Part shown: in pieces, positions 1 to 9,006 of the stretch
Layout of the letters: every line of letters begins with the position of its first letter
Position numbering within the stretch: position 1 is the stretch's first letter
NCBI GenBank assembly: GCA_016215315.1
Contig: JACRKG010000054.1
Location: 74,305 to 138,304 of the forward strand
DNA: 64,000 nucleotides
DNA from: Candidatus Woesearchaeota archaeon
GTDB taxonomy: Archaea; Nanobdellota; Nanobdellia; Woesearchaeales; ARS49
Reading direction: 5' to 3'
Made by a program: the position numbers and the translations under genes
Notes under the pieces: generated by a model
What the model was told of the DNA's origin: nothing
The model's input: only the letters and a program-made list of their open reading frames with translations
The model's database searches: none

Positions 1-3000
1 GATTATGGCTAAGTAAAGATCTTAAATTATCCGAAGTACTAGAAAAACTCAATAACCTAATCACTAATTTAAAATCAGAACCAAAAGATAAATTCAAGTT
101 GCCTACAGAATTGTATGATGCGGGTGAAGAAGGTGTTGGTTTAGAAACAGAAAAATTAATCGAAGTGTTCTTAGAAAGGCCTGAAAAATTAGTTATGTTT
201 GAAGAAATCTTTGAGAAATATTTTAAAACAGAAGGAAGAGCAATTCCTTACAAATTCTTTCCAGACATGCTAAAGTATTTCGTTGTTTCAAGTAAATACG
301 ACCCTAAACCCTTTGAGTTCTTCAACGATTTATTCTCAGAAGGAAAAGTATTTACTTGGATTAACGAAAAAGAAAGATTAGTGAGCAACTTTAACACTTA
401 CAAAGCAAACGAAGATACTTTACAGCAAATAACTTGGATTGTCATAAATAAGTACTACGCAAAAGGCTATGAAGGCAAAGCGAGAGAACAGAAAAGAGCT
501 GCAATAGAAGACCTTAACCAAAAGTTAGAGGATGTAAGCATAATAGTGCTAAACATGGGTAATGAGTTGTTGCCTAGAGATTTAAAAGTTAAAATCAGCC
601 AATTCTTAGATGAATTAGATCAAGAAAGGTATGATGTTGATTCGTTGGCTAAACTAACTGATGAATTGTCTCATTTAGAATCAATAGTTCTTTACGGTAT
701 TTTAACTCAGAAATTCCCTGTTTCAGAAAAGACTAGAGATGAAGAACTAACAAAACTAAAACATTTTTTTGAATCAAAACCTGAAGAATTTGGTATGTTG
801 GCGGAGTCAATTAAAGAATACTTAAGAGATAAAAAAGATCAAATATTTTTCAAAAACGTTCACGATGCATTATTTGCTCACATTGATGGAACATTCAAAG
901 ACTGGAAATATAAAAGCAAAGACTTAGAAGCATTACTTGAAGAAATAAGAAATAGCGATAAGGATAAAGATGAAAAAGAAAGAATAGGAAACACTTTAGC
1001 TAAAAGAGTTGAAGAATTATGGAAACAAAATAATTTATTTGAAACTTCTGGTGGTTTCACAGTGGAATTTACTGATGACTTTTTAACTTCATTAAGAATA
1101 GGACAAACACCATTAAGAACTTGTCAAAGATGTGCTGGAGGAAGTTATAATGAAGGACTAATGGCTTATGTTGCTAATGGATTAAACAAAGTGGCAGTGT
1201 TAAAAGATTCTACTGGAAAAATTGTGGCTAGAAGAATTGTTAGGTTAAGAATGACGGATAACAAACCAGTAATGATTGTGGAAAGAATGTACTATTCGGA
1301 AGGTACTCCAATTTCTGCTCTTGATGAAGCAATGATACTTAAAGCACAAGAAATGGGTGTTGATATTGTTGCCAATAATTTTTTAACAGGGTATATTCTA
1401 ACAACTCCAACCGAATTAAATATTAAAAGCTACGGAGGCAGAGCGCTTCATAATTATTATGACAGCAGAGGTATAGGAATTGTCAAGTTGGAAGAAGGGG
1501 AAACTGAAGAATTCTCACTTAAGAATTTGGAAATAATTACAACTTCAACAAAAAGCGAGGAAGAAATCAGGAAAGCAGTTAATGTTAAAGAAGTTAAAGC
1601 AGGAAAATCTAGAACAATATTGATAGATCAAATAATAAATTTAATGAAAGCGTCAGGAGCAGAATTATCCGATACTGCAAGAGCTGAATTGTTTGATTTG
1701 AAAGTTGAAGAATTAGAAAGCAAACTAAAAAAAATCCAAGCAAAAGCAAGAAAAATTTTAGGAGAAATCGTTCCCGAAGCAATAAAAATGCCTTTCGGAA
1801 ACATGCCGCCAATATTGGAAGAAGACTTAGAACCTGAAGAAACACCAAAAAAAGCCAAAGTTTCTCCGTTTGCTGATGAAGACAATTGTAGTGAGTGTGA
1901 ATGGCCTAAAGAAGGACAGACATCATTATATGGTGCGTTATGGTTATCTAATGAAAAGCAAGTTGAAATGATCTTGCCAGTGTTTGAAGAATGGTTGAAG
2001 AATAAAATAAAAACGGCAGAAATCGAATACGCCGGGAATACGGGTGTTTTGAGATTTAAAAAAATTCCTGAAGATCTTCACGAAGAAGTAGAAGGTGAAT
2101 TTGAAGAAAAATTTTTAAGACCTTGGACTAGTACAGAAGTCAGAAAATACAGACTAGATTCGATGAATTTGTGGCGGCGTAAGATTGAAGAAACAAATGA
2201 TCCGTCAAAGATCGATTATTATAAAAAACAAATACAGTATCTTGATTTTGTTCTTAAAGCGCAAGAAATTGATAATTTAAAAAAGCAAGGCTTGCAAGTT
2301 CGTGAAGAGAATGTTGAAGTAACAAGTTCAGAAAAAGAGCAGTTATTAACTCCTGGAAGAGATGCAATTGAATTTGTGGAAGAAGAGATGAGGCCGGGTA
2401 GATTGTCCGAGTCTGGTTTTTTAGGTCCAACAGAAAGTCTTAGAGATGTTATAGAAAAAGATGCAGAGACTCTTAAAAGAAGGGGAATTACGCATAAACA
2501 AATAGGAGACAGATTGAATTCTTTGATGGGGCAAGCTTTAGAGTATTGGGAGTTGCTGTCAGATTCAAAAGGTTATGACGCGGAAGTTATTTCGCAAAAA
2601 AAAGGAATGTTGATTGATGGATTTCTTCGCGTATCTGCGAAGCCGTTCCACGGTTCTCAAACAACTCCTTTTCTTTCAGATCAACGACGCAAAATTCCTG
2701 CACATCACGATTTTACTGTTGAGAATATAAGAACCGGAGAAAAAATTACTTTTTCTCAATTAATGTCATACCTCGTTGGAGAGTATGGTTTTTTTGAAGG
2801 AAAAGAAGTACAGTACAGGTTAGATCCTGAAAGTATTATTCGTATTCTTGAATTAAAGCCAGACGTTGATTACAGCCCAAAAACTATTAAAGTTAAGTAT
2901 GACTATTTTTTAAGTAGAGGTTTTTCAACTACAGATTACCCAATTCAAGAATCCTATACTGAAGTGTATAACAATCCCGATATAGTTATTGACCTTGCGC

Positions 3001-3695
3001 CGAAAGCTAAGATATATGTTAAGGGCGATAAACTTTTAATAAAAACCGAAAATGGTTTTGATCAATCAGATATCAATGAGCCAATAATAGTTGATGGCTC
3101 AGAGGTTGTAATTGAGCACTTAAGTGAGAAGGTTTATTCTTATCTTTCAAGAAATAGCGAGGGCTCTAAAGTATACGAGTTAGAAAGTAATTATCCTAAT
3201 CTAAAAAAAGACACAAAAGATCTTGAAATTTTTAATCCCGAAACTAGTAGGATGAGTTCATCTGAGTACTTGATTAAATATTTTCCTTTGATTGCTGAAG
3301 GGAAAGAAGAATTTAAATTTGAATTACTTCTTGCCTTGGGTGGGGGTTCTGTTCCAGTTAATTTTGAAGGGCAAAAAGTATCTTTCAGTGCTAATACTTT
3401 TGTTAAGAAGGTTGTTGATTTTGTTAAGATTGAAGGAGAACGCTTAGGATTGCAATTATTTGAGGATACAAAACAAGAAATGTTAGATAAAATTAAGTTG
3501 AGACAAAAAGAATTGAATAAAGAGATACAGGAATTGAATGGTGCTTGGTTTTGGCAAAAATGGTTTGGTGATGTTGAATTGAGAAATAGTAATAAAAAAT
3601 CTGAGCTAAGATTGTTAAAATCACTTAGTGATAGCCTTGAGAGAACGCAAGTGAAAGAAAAATCAAAAGAAGAATTTTTGACAGAATTTAAATAA
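1..3695 (+). CDS. Large hypothetical protein of at least 1198 aa with coiled-coil-rich stretches. The reading frame is open from position 3, so the gene probably starts upstream of the window.
   Basis: Long ORF ending with TAA at 3693-3695. The frame has no stop back to position 3, and the TTG at 99 used by the ORF track is probably not the true start. No recognisable catalytic motif. Confidence 0.5.
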   Translation, partial: LWLSKDLKLSEVLEKLNNLITNLKSEPKDKFKLPTELYDAGEEGVGLETEKLIEVFLERPEKLVMFEEIFEKYFKTEGRAIPYKFFPDMLKYFVVSSKYDPKPFEFFNDLFSEGKVFTWINEKERLVSNFNTYKANEDTLQQITWIVINKYYAKGYEGKAREQKRAAIEDLNQKLEDVSIIVLNMGNELLPRDLKVKISQFLDELDQERYDVDSLAKLTDELSHLESIVLYGILTQKFPVSEKTRDEELTKLKHFFESKPEEFGMLAESIKEYLRDKKDQIFFKNVHDALFAHIDGTFKDWKYKSKDLEALLEEIRNSDKDKDEKERIGNTLAKRVEELWKQNNLFETSGGFTVEFTDDFLTSLRIGQTPLRTCQRCAGGSYNEGLMAYVANGLNKVAVLKDSTGKIVARRIVRLRMTDNKPVMIVERMYYSEGTPISALDEAMILKAQEMGVDIVANNFLTGYILTTPTELNIKSYGGRALHNYYDSRGIGIVKLEEGETEEFSLKNLEIITTSTKSEEEIRKAVNVKEVKAGKSRTILIDQIINLMKASGAELSDTARAELFDLKVEELESKLKKIQAKARKILGEIVPEAIKMPFGNMPPILEEDLEPEETPKKAKVSPFADEDNCSECEWPKEGQTSLYGALWLSNEKQVEMILPVFEEWLKNKIKTAEIEYAGNTGVLRFKKIPEDLHEEVEGEFEEKFLRPWTSTEVRKYRLDSMNLWRRKIEETNDPSKIDYYKKQIQYLDFVLKAQEIDNLKKQGLQVREENVEVTSSEKEQLLTPGRDAIEFVEEEMRPGRLSESGFLGPTESLRDVIEKDAETLKRRGITHKQIGDRLNSLMGQALEYWELLSDSKGYDAEVISQKKGMLIDGFLRVSAKPFHGSQTTPFLSDQRRKIPAHHDFTVENIRTGEKITFSQLMSYLVGEYGFFEGKEVQYRLDPESIIRILELKPDVDYSPKTIKVKYDYFLSRGFSTTDYPIQESYTEVYNNPDIVIDLAPKAKIYVKGDKLLIKTENGFDQSDINEPIIVDGSEVVIEHLSEKVYSYLSRNSEGSKVYELESNYPNLKKDTKDLEIFNPETSRMSSSEYLIKYFPLIAEGKEEFKFELLLALGGGSVPVNFEGQKVSFSANTFVKKVVDFVKIEGERLGLQLFEDTKQEMLDKIKLRQKELNKEIQELNGAWFWQKWFGDVELRNSNKKSELRLLKSLSDSLERTQVKEKSKEEFLTEFK

Positions 3696-3761
3696 TTTCA
3701 CAAAAATATTTCTTTTAATATTTGCTTATTGCAATTTATTATATTCTACAAAATATATTTC

Positions 3762-3770
3762 GGGGGGGGG
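3762..3770 (+). repeat. G9 homopolymer tract immediately upstream of the TATA box of the Cys-rich surface protein gene
   Basis: cggggggggg followed by tgatatTTATAAAttag; the ATG is at 3817. Confidence 0.6.
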
Positions 3771-3775
3771 TGATA

Positions 3776-3783
3776 TTTATAAA
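3776..3783 (+). promoter_or_regulatory. Archaeal TATA-box-like element (TTTATAAA), about 26 nt upstream of a predicted transcription start site (TSS) near 3806
   Basis: A/T box followed by the RBS aaagagg and the ATG at 3817. Confidence 0.4.
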
Positions 3784-3816
3784 TTAGAAATGTAAAATAG
3801 AGTTAAAAGAGGTAAA

Positions 3817-5250
3817 ATGGCGTTAAAACTAGAATATTATGTTTTGGCAGTAGTTTTAGTGTTAGGTTTGTTTGGCGTTTTTGGTTTTTTAAATTCTTTT
3901 ACTGGTATGCAGGCTGCACAAATTCAGGTAACGCCACCAAGTACTTGTGGTAATGGTTTGTGTGAAGCTAAATATTGGGATAATGGTGATGAAGATAATG
4001 TTAATTGTCCTCAAGATTGTCCGCAATGCGGTAATGAGTTATGTGATTATTATTACGGGGAAGATTTTAATATTTGTCCTCAGGATTGTAGTATTTGTGG
4101 TGATGGAAAATGTTTTTTTCCAGAAGACGGGGTTTCTTGCCCCTCAGATTGTAAACCCGTGTGCGGGGATGGAAATTGCAACAAGCCGGAAAACCCAACT
4201 TCTTGTCCTCAGGATTGTCAACAATTACAGATAGTCCCTTCGGTAAGTGCTTTAGTTTGTGGTGATGGTGTTTGTGATCCTAGAGAAGCGGCGCCAACAC
4301 ATCCTACTCTTGCTCAATATGCTTGTCCTCAGGATTGTCCGGTAATGTGTGGTGATAAAGTTTGTGATAGTGCTAATGGTGAAAGTTGGCAGACTTGCAT
4401 AGAAGATTGTCCTAGAACAACTCAAGCTCAATGTTTTGGACAACAATGTGTTTATTGCGGTGACGGAGTGTGTGAACCACTAAATGAAGATGTAGTTAGA
4501 TGTCCTCAAGATTGCAAGCCAAAATCTTACTGTGGTGATTACCTTTGCGATGTAAATGTGGGAGAAAACTCACAAAATTGTATTAATGATTGTGTGTGTG
4601 GAGATAATGTTTGTGATAATTCAGAAGATGCTATTACTTGTCCACTAGATTGCAAAGTTGCAAGTCCATCACCCATAATTTTTCAACCTCAACAAGCATG
4701 TGCTAATAGTGGTGGAGTTTGGAAACAATTTCGAAACACCTGTGCGGATTCATGTAATTTGATTTACGCGTGCGCTCAAGTAATTGTTGATGATTGTGAC
4801 TGTGGACCTAATAATTGTTGGGATGGAAGTAATTGTGTTAGTAACCCGCCGGTCTGTGGCGATGGTACTTGTGATTTTTCAGAAACCTATATTAGTTGTC
4901 CTCAAGATTGTACTGCCAAAGTTGTTCCTCCAGTTTCTCAATTAGTTTGTGGTGATGGTGTCTGTGATCCTAGAGAAGCTGATGCGACAAATCCTAAACT
5001 TGCTCAATACTTATGTTCTCAAGATTGCCAAGTTATTTGTGGAGATCAAGTTTGTGATGGCGCGAATGGTGAAAGTTGGCAGACTTGTGTGGCTGATTGC
5101 CCAAAACCTTCTCCGCCTAGCTCTAGTTTCTGGAACTGGTTAAAAGGTTGGTTAAGATTATCTCCAGTTCCAGTATATTATTGTGGAGATGGAGTCTGCA
5201 ATCCAGGAATAGGAGAAGATATTAATACTTGTCCTGCAGATTGTCCTTGA
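3817..5250 (+). CDS. Secreted or surface-anchored cysteine-rich repeat protein with about 14 repeats of CGDGxCD...CPQDC
   Basis: N-terminal hydrophobic segment (VLAVVLVLGLFGVFGF). Regularly spaced Cys motifs: CGDGVCD, CPQDC, CGNELCD. An internal roughly 180-nt duplication (4243-4420 versus 4921-5100). A GGAGG-like ribosome-binding site (RBS) and TATA box lie upstream. Confidence 0.6.
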   Translation: MALKLEYYVLAVVLVLGLFGVFGFLNSFTGMQAAQIQVTPPSTCGNGLCEAKYWDNGDEDNVNCPQDCPQCGNELCDYYYGEDFNICPQDCSICGDGKCFFPEDGVSCPSDCKPVCGDGNCNKPENPTSCPQDCQQLQIVPSVSALVCGDGVCDPREAAPTHPTLAQYACPQDCPVMCGDKVCDSANGESWQTCIEDCPRTTQAQCFGQQCVYCGDGVCEPLNEDVVRCPQDCKPKSYCGDYLCDVNVGENSQNCINDCVCGDNVCDNSEDAITCPLDCKVASPSPIIFQPQQACANSGGVWKQFRNTCADSCNLIYACAQVIVDDCDCGPNNCWDGSNCVSNPPVCGDGTCDFSETYISCPQDCTAKVVPPVSQLVCGDGVCDPREADATNPKLAQYLCSQDCQVICGDQVCDGANGESWQTCVADCPKPSPPSSSFWNWLKGWLRLSPVPVYYCGDGVCNPGIGEDINTCPADCP

Positions 5251-5353
5251 AGTTGATGTTCAAGCGCAAGCTGAAATTTGATCTTTGATTCTTATTTTTT
5301 AGTATTTCTATCTATTATATTTTTAACTTCTTCCGTAAATATTTGTGCTCTTT

Positions 5354-5959
5354 TTATCCAACATTGTGTTTCTTTAATGCTTCTAAGAAAAATTCAGCTC
5401 CTTTTAAAATTATGTGTCCTTTCAATAATTCATTAGCTACATTGAGCTTTTTTGGGTTGCTCCACATTTCATGCAAACTTTCGTCAACAGCAATATTAAT
5501 ATCAGCATTTTCTGAAATAATAGAGTTCTTGATGTTTCTTTCGAACAAACCAAAGTCATAATCTTTAGGAATGACAAATAATAAATCAATATCTGAACCT
5601 TTCCTAGCTAAACCTTTAGCATAACTGCCAAAGATTATGCAAATGTATTGTAGTTTGTTAATTCTTTCTAAATCTTGAAAAACGCGTTTGAGAACGGGAT
5701 ATTTCTTAAAAAAATTATCTCTACGCATTAATTCAGTTAAGATATACTCTTTTTTTACTTCTTTAAAATCTATACTAATAAAAATAGCTTTACCGCCTTT
5801 ATCGCATTTTATTAAATCTTTTTTGAGAAGAGATTTTACTGTTTTGTGTGATTGGGCGTAAGGAATTTTTAAAACTTTAGCCAATTCGAGAATGGAATAT
5901 TCTTTACTTAAATCGTTGAATAATAATTCTAAAATCCTCAACTCGGTTTTTGATAACAT
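5354..5959 (-). CDS. Protein with a winged-helix HTH fused to a minimal nucleotidyltransferase (polymerase-beta superfamily, MNT-like)
   Basis: GSYAKGLARKGSDIDLLFVIP, which matches the nucleotidyltransferase (NTase) motif GS-x9-DxD. The N-terminal ELRILELL...LAKVLKIP looks like an HTH. Confidence 0.6.
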   Translation of the reverse strand: MLSKTELRILELLFNDLSKEYSILELAKVLKIPYAQSHKTVKSLLKKDLIKCDKGGKAIFISIDFKEVKKEYILTELMRRDNFFKKYPVLKRVFQDLERINKLQYICIIFGSYAKGLARKGSDIDLLFVIPKDYDFGLFERNIKNSIISENADINIAVDESLHEMWSNPKKLNVANELLKGHIILKGAEFFLEALKKHNVG

Positions 5960-6082
5960 GTATATCTAGCTGAATATAATGTTATATCTATACAGATATA
6001 TAAACCTTTCGGAAGTTAAAAGCAAATTGAGAAAGTAAATAGTATGTGCTTAATTCTAGAATGGCACAAAAAATATCTGAAT

Positions 6083-6320
6083 TCTTTTTATCCAACATTG
6101 TGTTTCTTTAATGCTTCTAAGAAAAATTCAGCTCCTTTTAAAATTATGTGTCCTTTTAATAATTCATTAGCTACGTTGAGCTTTTTTGGGTTGTTCCACA
6201 TTTCATGCAAACTTTCGTCAACAGCAATATTAATATCGGCATTTTCTGAAATAATGGAGTTCTTGATGTTTCTTTCGAACAAACCAAAGTCATAATCTTT
6301 AGGAATGACAAATAATAAAT
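6083..6320 (-). pseudogene. Truncated duplicate of the 3' end of the HTH-NTase gene, corresponding to the last roughly 64 codons (6088..6282)
   Basis: A 238-bp direct repeat of 5348..5586, about 97% identical. The encoded peptide is near-identical to the C-terminus of the 5354..5959 product. Confidence 0.5.
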
Positions 6321-6950
6321 TTATTCAAAAACAACAATTTCTTTCATTGAAAATTCTATTTTTTCTTTGATTAGTGTTTCTTTGATTCTTGTTTGTTCAT
6401 CTTTTGGAACTATGAACACGTTTGAGCTTAGTTTTGCTCCTTTAACTGATTGTATTAATCCTTTTTCTTTGTATTCTTCTTCAGTTCTTCCAAATAACAA
6501 TCTTTTTATTTTCATGTATTCTTTTTTTTCTTTAGGATGTTTTATCATAAAGATTGCTCTTCTTTCTCCTTCTTCCAAGATTTTTTTTTTACTGTACAAT
6601 AAAATTCCTTCGCTAGCTATGCTTGTTTTTAGTTCCCATTCGCTTAAATTTCCTGATTGGACAGAAAAAGGATGTTTGAACTTTAAAAGTTTCCATTTTT
6701 CAAAATCTTTTGATTGCTCAAATTTTACTGTGCCTGAATCAGCTAATCTTTTCACATGATCTTCGTCTTGTCTATCACAATCAAAAAATAGATCAATATC
6801 ACTTTCTTTAGTAAGTTCTGCTCTAACTGCTGAGCCAAACAAGTATATTGCTTTTGTTTTCTCTGCAATTTCTTTATTTTGAAATGCAAAGCTTAACATG
6901 TTGTAGCAGAAGGCTATTGTGGTTGCAGTTTCACTCTTCAATTTCTTCAC
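6321..6950 (-). CDS. Minimal nucleotidyltransferase (MNT-type, putative antitoxin-like)
   Basis: LFGSAVRAELTKESDIDLFFD NTase motif. Overlaps the upstream HEPN gene by 20 nt. Confidence 0.55.
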   Translation of the reverse strand: MKKLKSETATTIAFCYNMLSFAFQNKEIAEKTKAIYLFGSAVRAELTKESDIDLFFDCDRQDEDHVKRLADSGTVKFEQSKDFEKWKLLKFKHPFSVQSGNLSEWELKTSIASEGILLYSKKKILEEGERRAIFMIKHPKEKKEYMKIKRLLFGRTEEEYKEKGLIQSVKGAKLSSNVFIVPKDEQTRIKETLIKEKIEFSMKEIVVFE

Positions 6951-7365
6951 CGGCTTCTTTCAACATTTCTTTTAGTAATTTTTTATATTCTTCAAATATG
7001 TTGATGGTTTGTTCGATTTCTATTTTTGTAGAACTTCCGTAAATTAATTTGTTTCTTTTTTCTTCTAAATAATAAAGAAATTCCAATATTTTTTCTTTAT
7101 TTAGGAAATTGATTTTAAGTTTTCTTTCTACTAGGGGAATAATTTTTTGTCCCGGTTTTGGCCTTTTGAACCAATCATGTTTTATTTGCGCTCCTATTTC
7201 CAGAAGATTAACTTTGTGTAAGTAAAGTTCTAAAAGATCTATTGAGCAAGCAGATGTATGAAAGCCTATAGTTGCAGGTCTATTTTCTATTCCTAGTGTT
7301 TTAGCATCTTTTAGCTCTTGCAGATGTTCTTTTATTTTATTAAAGTGCACTTTTTGTCCAGCCAT
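6931..7365 (-). CDS. HEPN-domain protein, the putative toxin partner of the NTase
   Basis: An Rx4-6H-like motif (ENRPATIGFH), an all-alpha composition, and overlap with the downstream MNT gene. Confidence 0.45.
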   Translation of the reverse strand: MAGQKVHFNKIKEHLQELKDAKTLGIENRPATIGFHTSACSIDLLELYLHKVNLLEIGAQIKHDWFKRPKPGQKIIPLVERKLKINFLNKEKILEFLYYLEEKRNKLIYGSSTKIEIEQTINIFEEYKKLLKEMLKEAGEEIEE

Positions 7366-7447
7366 TTAGGTGGGAAAGTACCATTTATTTATAAATTTTT
7401 TGGTAGAAAAATGCCAAAAAATGGTGGAAAAGTACCGAGATGGTCTT

Positions 7448-7490
7448 ATGGGCACAAATGGCCGAAAAGTTTAAACATTTTTGTGCCCAT
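7448..7490. promoter_or_regulatory. Perfect 11-bp inverted repeat ATGGGCACAAA / TTTGTGCCCAT with a 21-nt loop, sitting between the divergent HEPN-MNT and MNT genes; candidate operator
   Basis: Read directly from the sequence. Flanked by the direct repeats GGTGGGAAAGTACC (7369-7383) and GGTGGAAAAGTACC (7423-7438). Confidence 0.35.
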
Positions 7491-7613
7491 ATATTTTTTT
7501 TCTGTGTTTTCATACGATTGTAAAAATTTTTAAGAACAGTAAAATACTTAGTTTATAGTGTTATAAACTCGAAAACGAATTATTTAAATATCAGTTTATG
7601 AATTGTATTATAT

Positions 7614-8015
7614 ATGAGTAAAGAACGTATTAAGTGGTTAGCTCAGGCTGAAGAAGATCTAAATAGTGCGGAGTATAACTTTTTAGGTAAAAAATTTGAT
7701 ATGGATCAGAAAACAAAACTAATAAAAGAACTAAAAATATTTAAGAACAAATTAAAAAAAAGTTATGATTTGAAGAAGTTAATACTTTTTGGAAGTTTTG
7801 CTAAGGGAAAACAAAAAAAGCATAGCGATGTAGATTTAGTGGTAGTTTCTCAAAAATTCAAAAAAAACCTACTTGAAAGGTCTCCACCACTTCACCTAAA
7901 ATGGGATTTAGATTATCCGGTTGATTTTCTTTGTTTTACTGAAGAAGAATTTGAAAGGAAGAAGAAATCTTTAGGCATAGTTAAAGAAGCAGCAAAAGAA
8001 GGAATTATTATTTAA
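7614..8015 (+). CDS. Minimal nucleotidyltransferase with an N-terminal helical extension
   Basis: LILFGSFAKGKQKKHSDVDLVVV NTase motif. Confidence 0.55.
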   Translation: MSKERIKWLAQAEEDLNSAEYNFLGKKFDMDQKTKLIKELKIFKNKLKKSYDLKKLILFGSFAKGKQKKHSDVDLVVVSQKFKKNLLERSPPLHLKWDLDYPVDFLCFTEEEFERKKKSLGIVKEAAKEGIII

Positions 8016-9006
8016 TCACCAAAGGAACATTGTAAAGTTTTATTTCTAAGTATTCTTTGTCAAAGAAGTCTGTTCTTAGGCCGTATTGTTGTGCTTCTTT
8101 TGGAAACACTTTTGATAGTGTTGCGAAGCCTTTTGCATCTTTTGTTTCATATATTTTTTTTAGTGTGTAATTAAACCAGTTTCCAAACATTTTTTGTTCT
8201 AGACTTAATGCAACGACTTTTCTGCCTTTAGGCAATGGTTGGCCGTTAATGCTGAATAATTCTGAAGCGTAAGTTGAAGGTGTGAATCCTGTGCCTGTAT
8301 TTATTAGCATGGCTAATATATTATTAATGAAGTGGTAAGTTTGTACTTTTAATGGATCTTCTTTGAAACTTTTATTGCTGTTAGTGTATGCACTCATGAA
8401 TTCTGTGAATGCTTTTATTCTTGGTTTTTTCGGTTCCAGTAATGGTTTTGTTTCTTTAACAAAAAATTCAAGACTTCCTTCATGAGCTCGTTTATTTTTT
8501 CCATTACTAGTTCTTACTCTTAATGTTAGATCTGCATTGTATGTTTTTCCATTTTTTGTGCAACGATCTATTACAACTCGTTCTATCTCGTAAACAAAAT
8601 CGTCAGCATTAATGGTATTTCTTTCATCGTGAAATGGCAGTAATGAGTTAGTTAAGTAATCTGTTGCTCTTTTAACTTCTGCATCAACACTAATATCTTT
8701 TGCATTTTCTGCAAGTAAAAATGGAGGAAACAATACTTTAGGATCTCTTTTTCCTTCTCTGTGTATTTCAAAATTTACTTCTTTTCTGCCTTCAAATTGC
8801 GGATCTATGCAGACATCAATTATTGCCACTAAATTACCGTTCTTTATTTCTCTATTAACGCGGTAATCGTTTAGCCAGCCATTTGTTTCTACTTGTTTTA
8901 AAAAGATTTTTATTTCTTCATCGGTTGGTGGAACTATTACTTTTTCTGATTGTCTAGGAATTATTATTTTTTTCCCTCTAACAAATACTTCACTAATTCT
9001 TTTCAT
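8008..9006 (-). CDS. Hypothetical protein, paralog A of a tandem pair
   Basis: Shares an N-terminal PxxxEI(K/E)IFLKQ(V/I)E.N.WL block and overall similarity with 8993..10060. Confidence 0.5.
   Translation of the reverse strand: MKRISEVFVRGKKIIIPRQSEKVIVPPTDEEIKIFLKQVETNGWLNDYRVNREIKNGNLVAIIDVCIDPQFEGRKEVNFEIHREGKRDPKVLFPPFLLAENAKDISVDAEVKRATDYLTNSLLPFHDERNTINADDFVYEIERVVIDRCTKNGKTYNADLTLRVRTSNGKNKRAHEGSLEFFVKETKPLLEPKKPRIKAFTEFMSAYTNSNKSFKEDPLKVQTYHFINNILAMLINTGTGFTPSTYASELFSINGQPLPKGRKVVALSLEQKMFGNWFNYTLKKIYETKDAKGFATLSKVFPKEAQQYGLRTDFFDKEYLEIKLYNVPLVIK

Noticed and set aside
4243-6320. Near-identical repeat pairs (4243-4420/4921-5100 and 5348-5586/6083-6320) as DGR template/variable repeats
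   Set aside because: No reverse transcriptase gene is present in the window. The mismatches between copies are of mixed types, mostly transitions. They are not adenine-specific.
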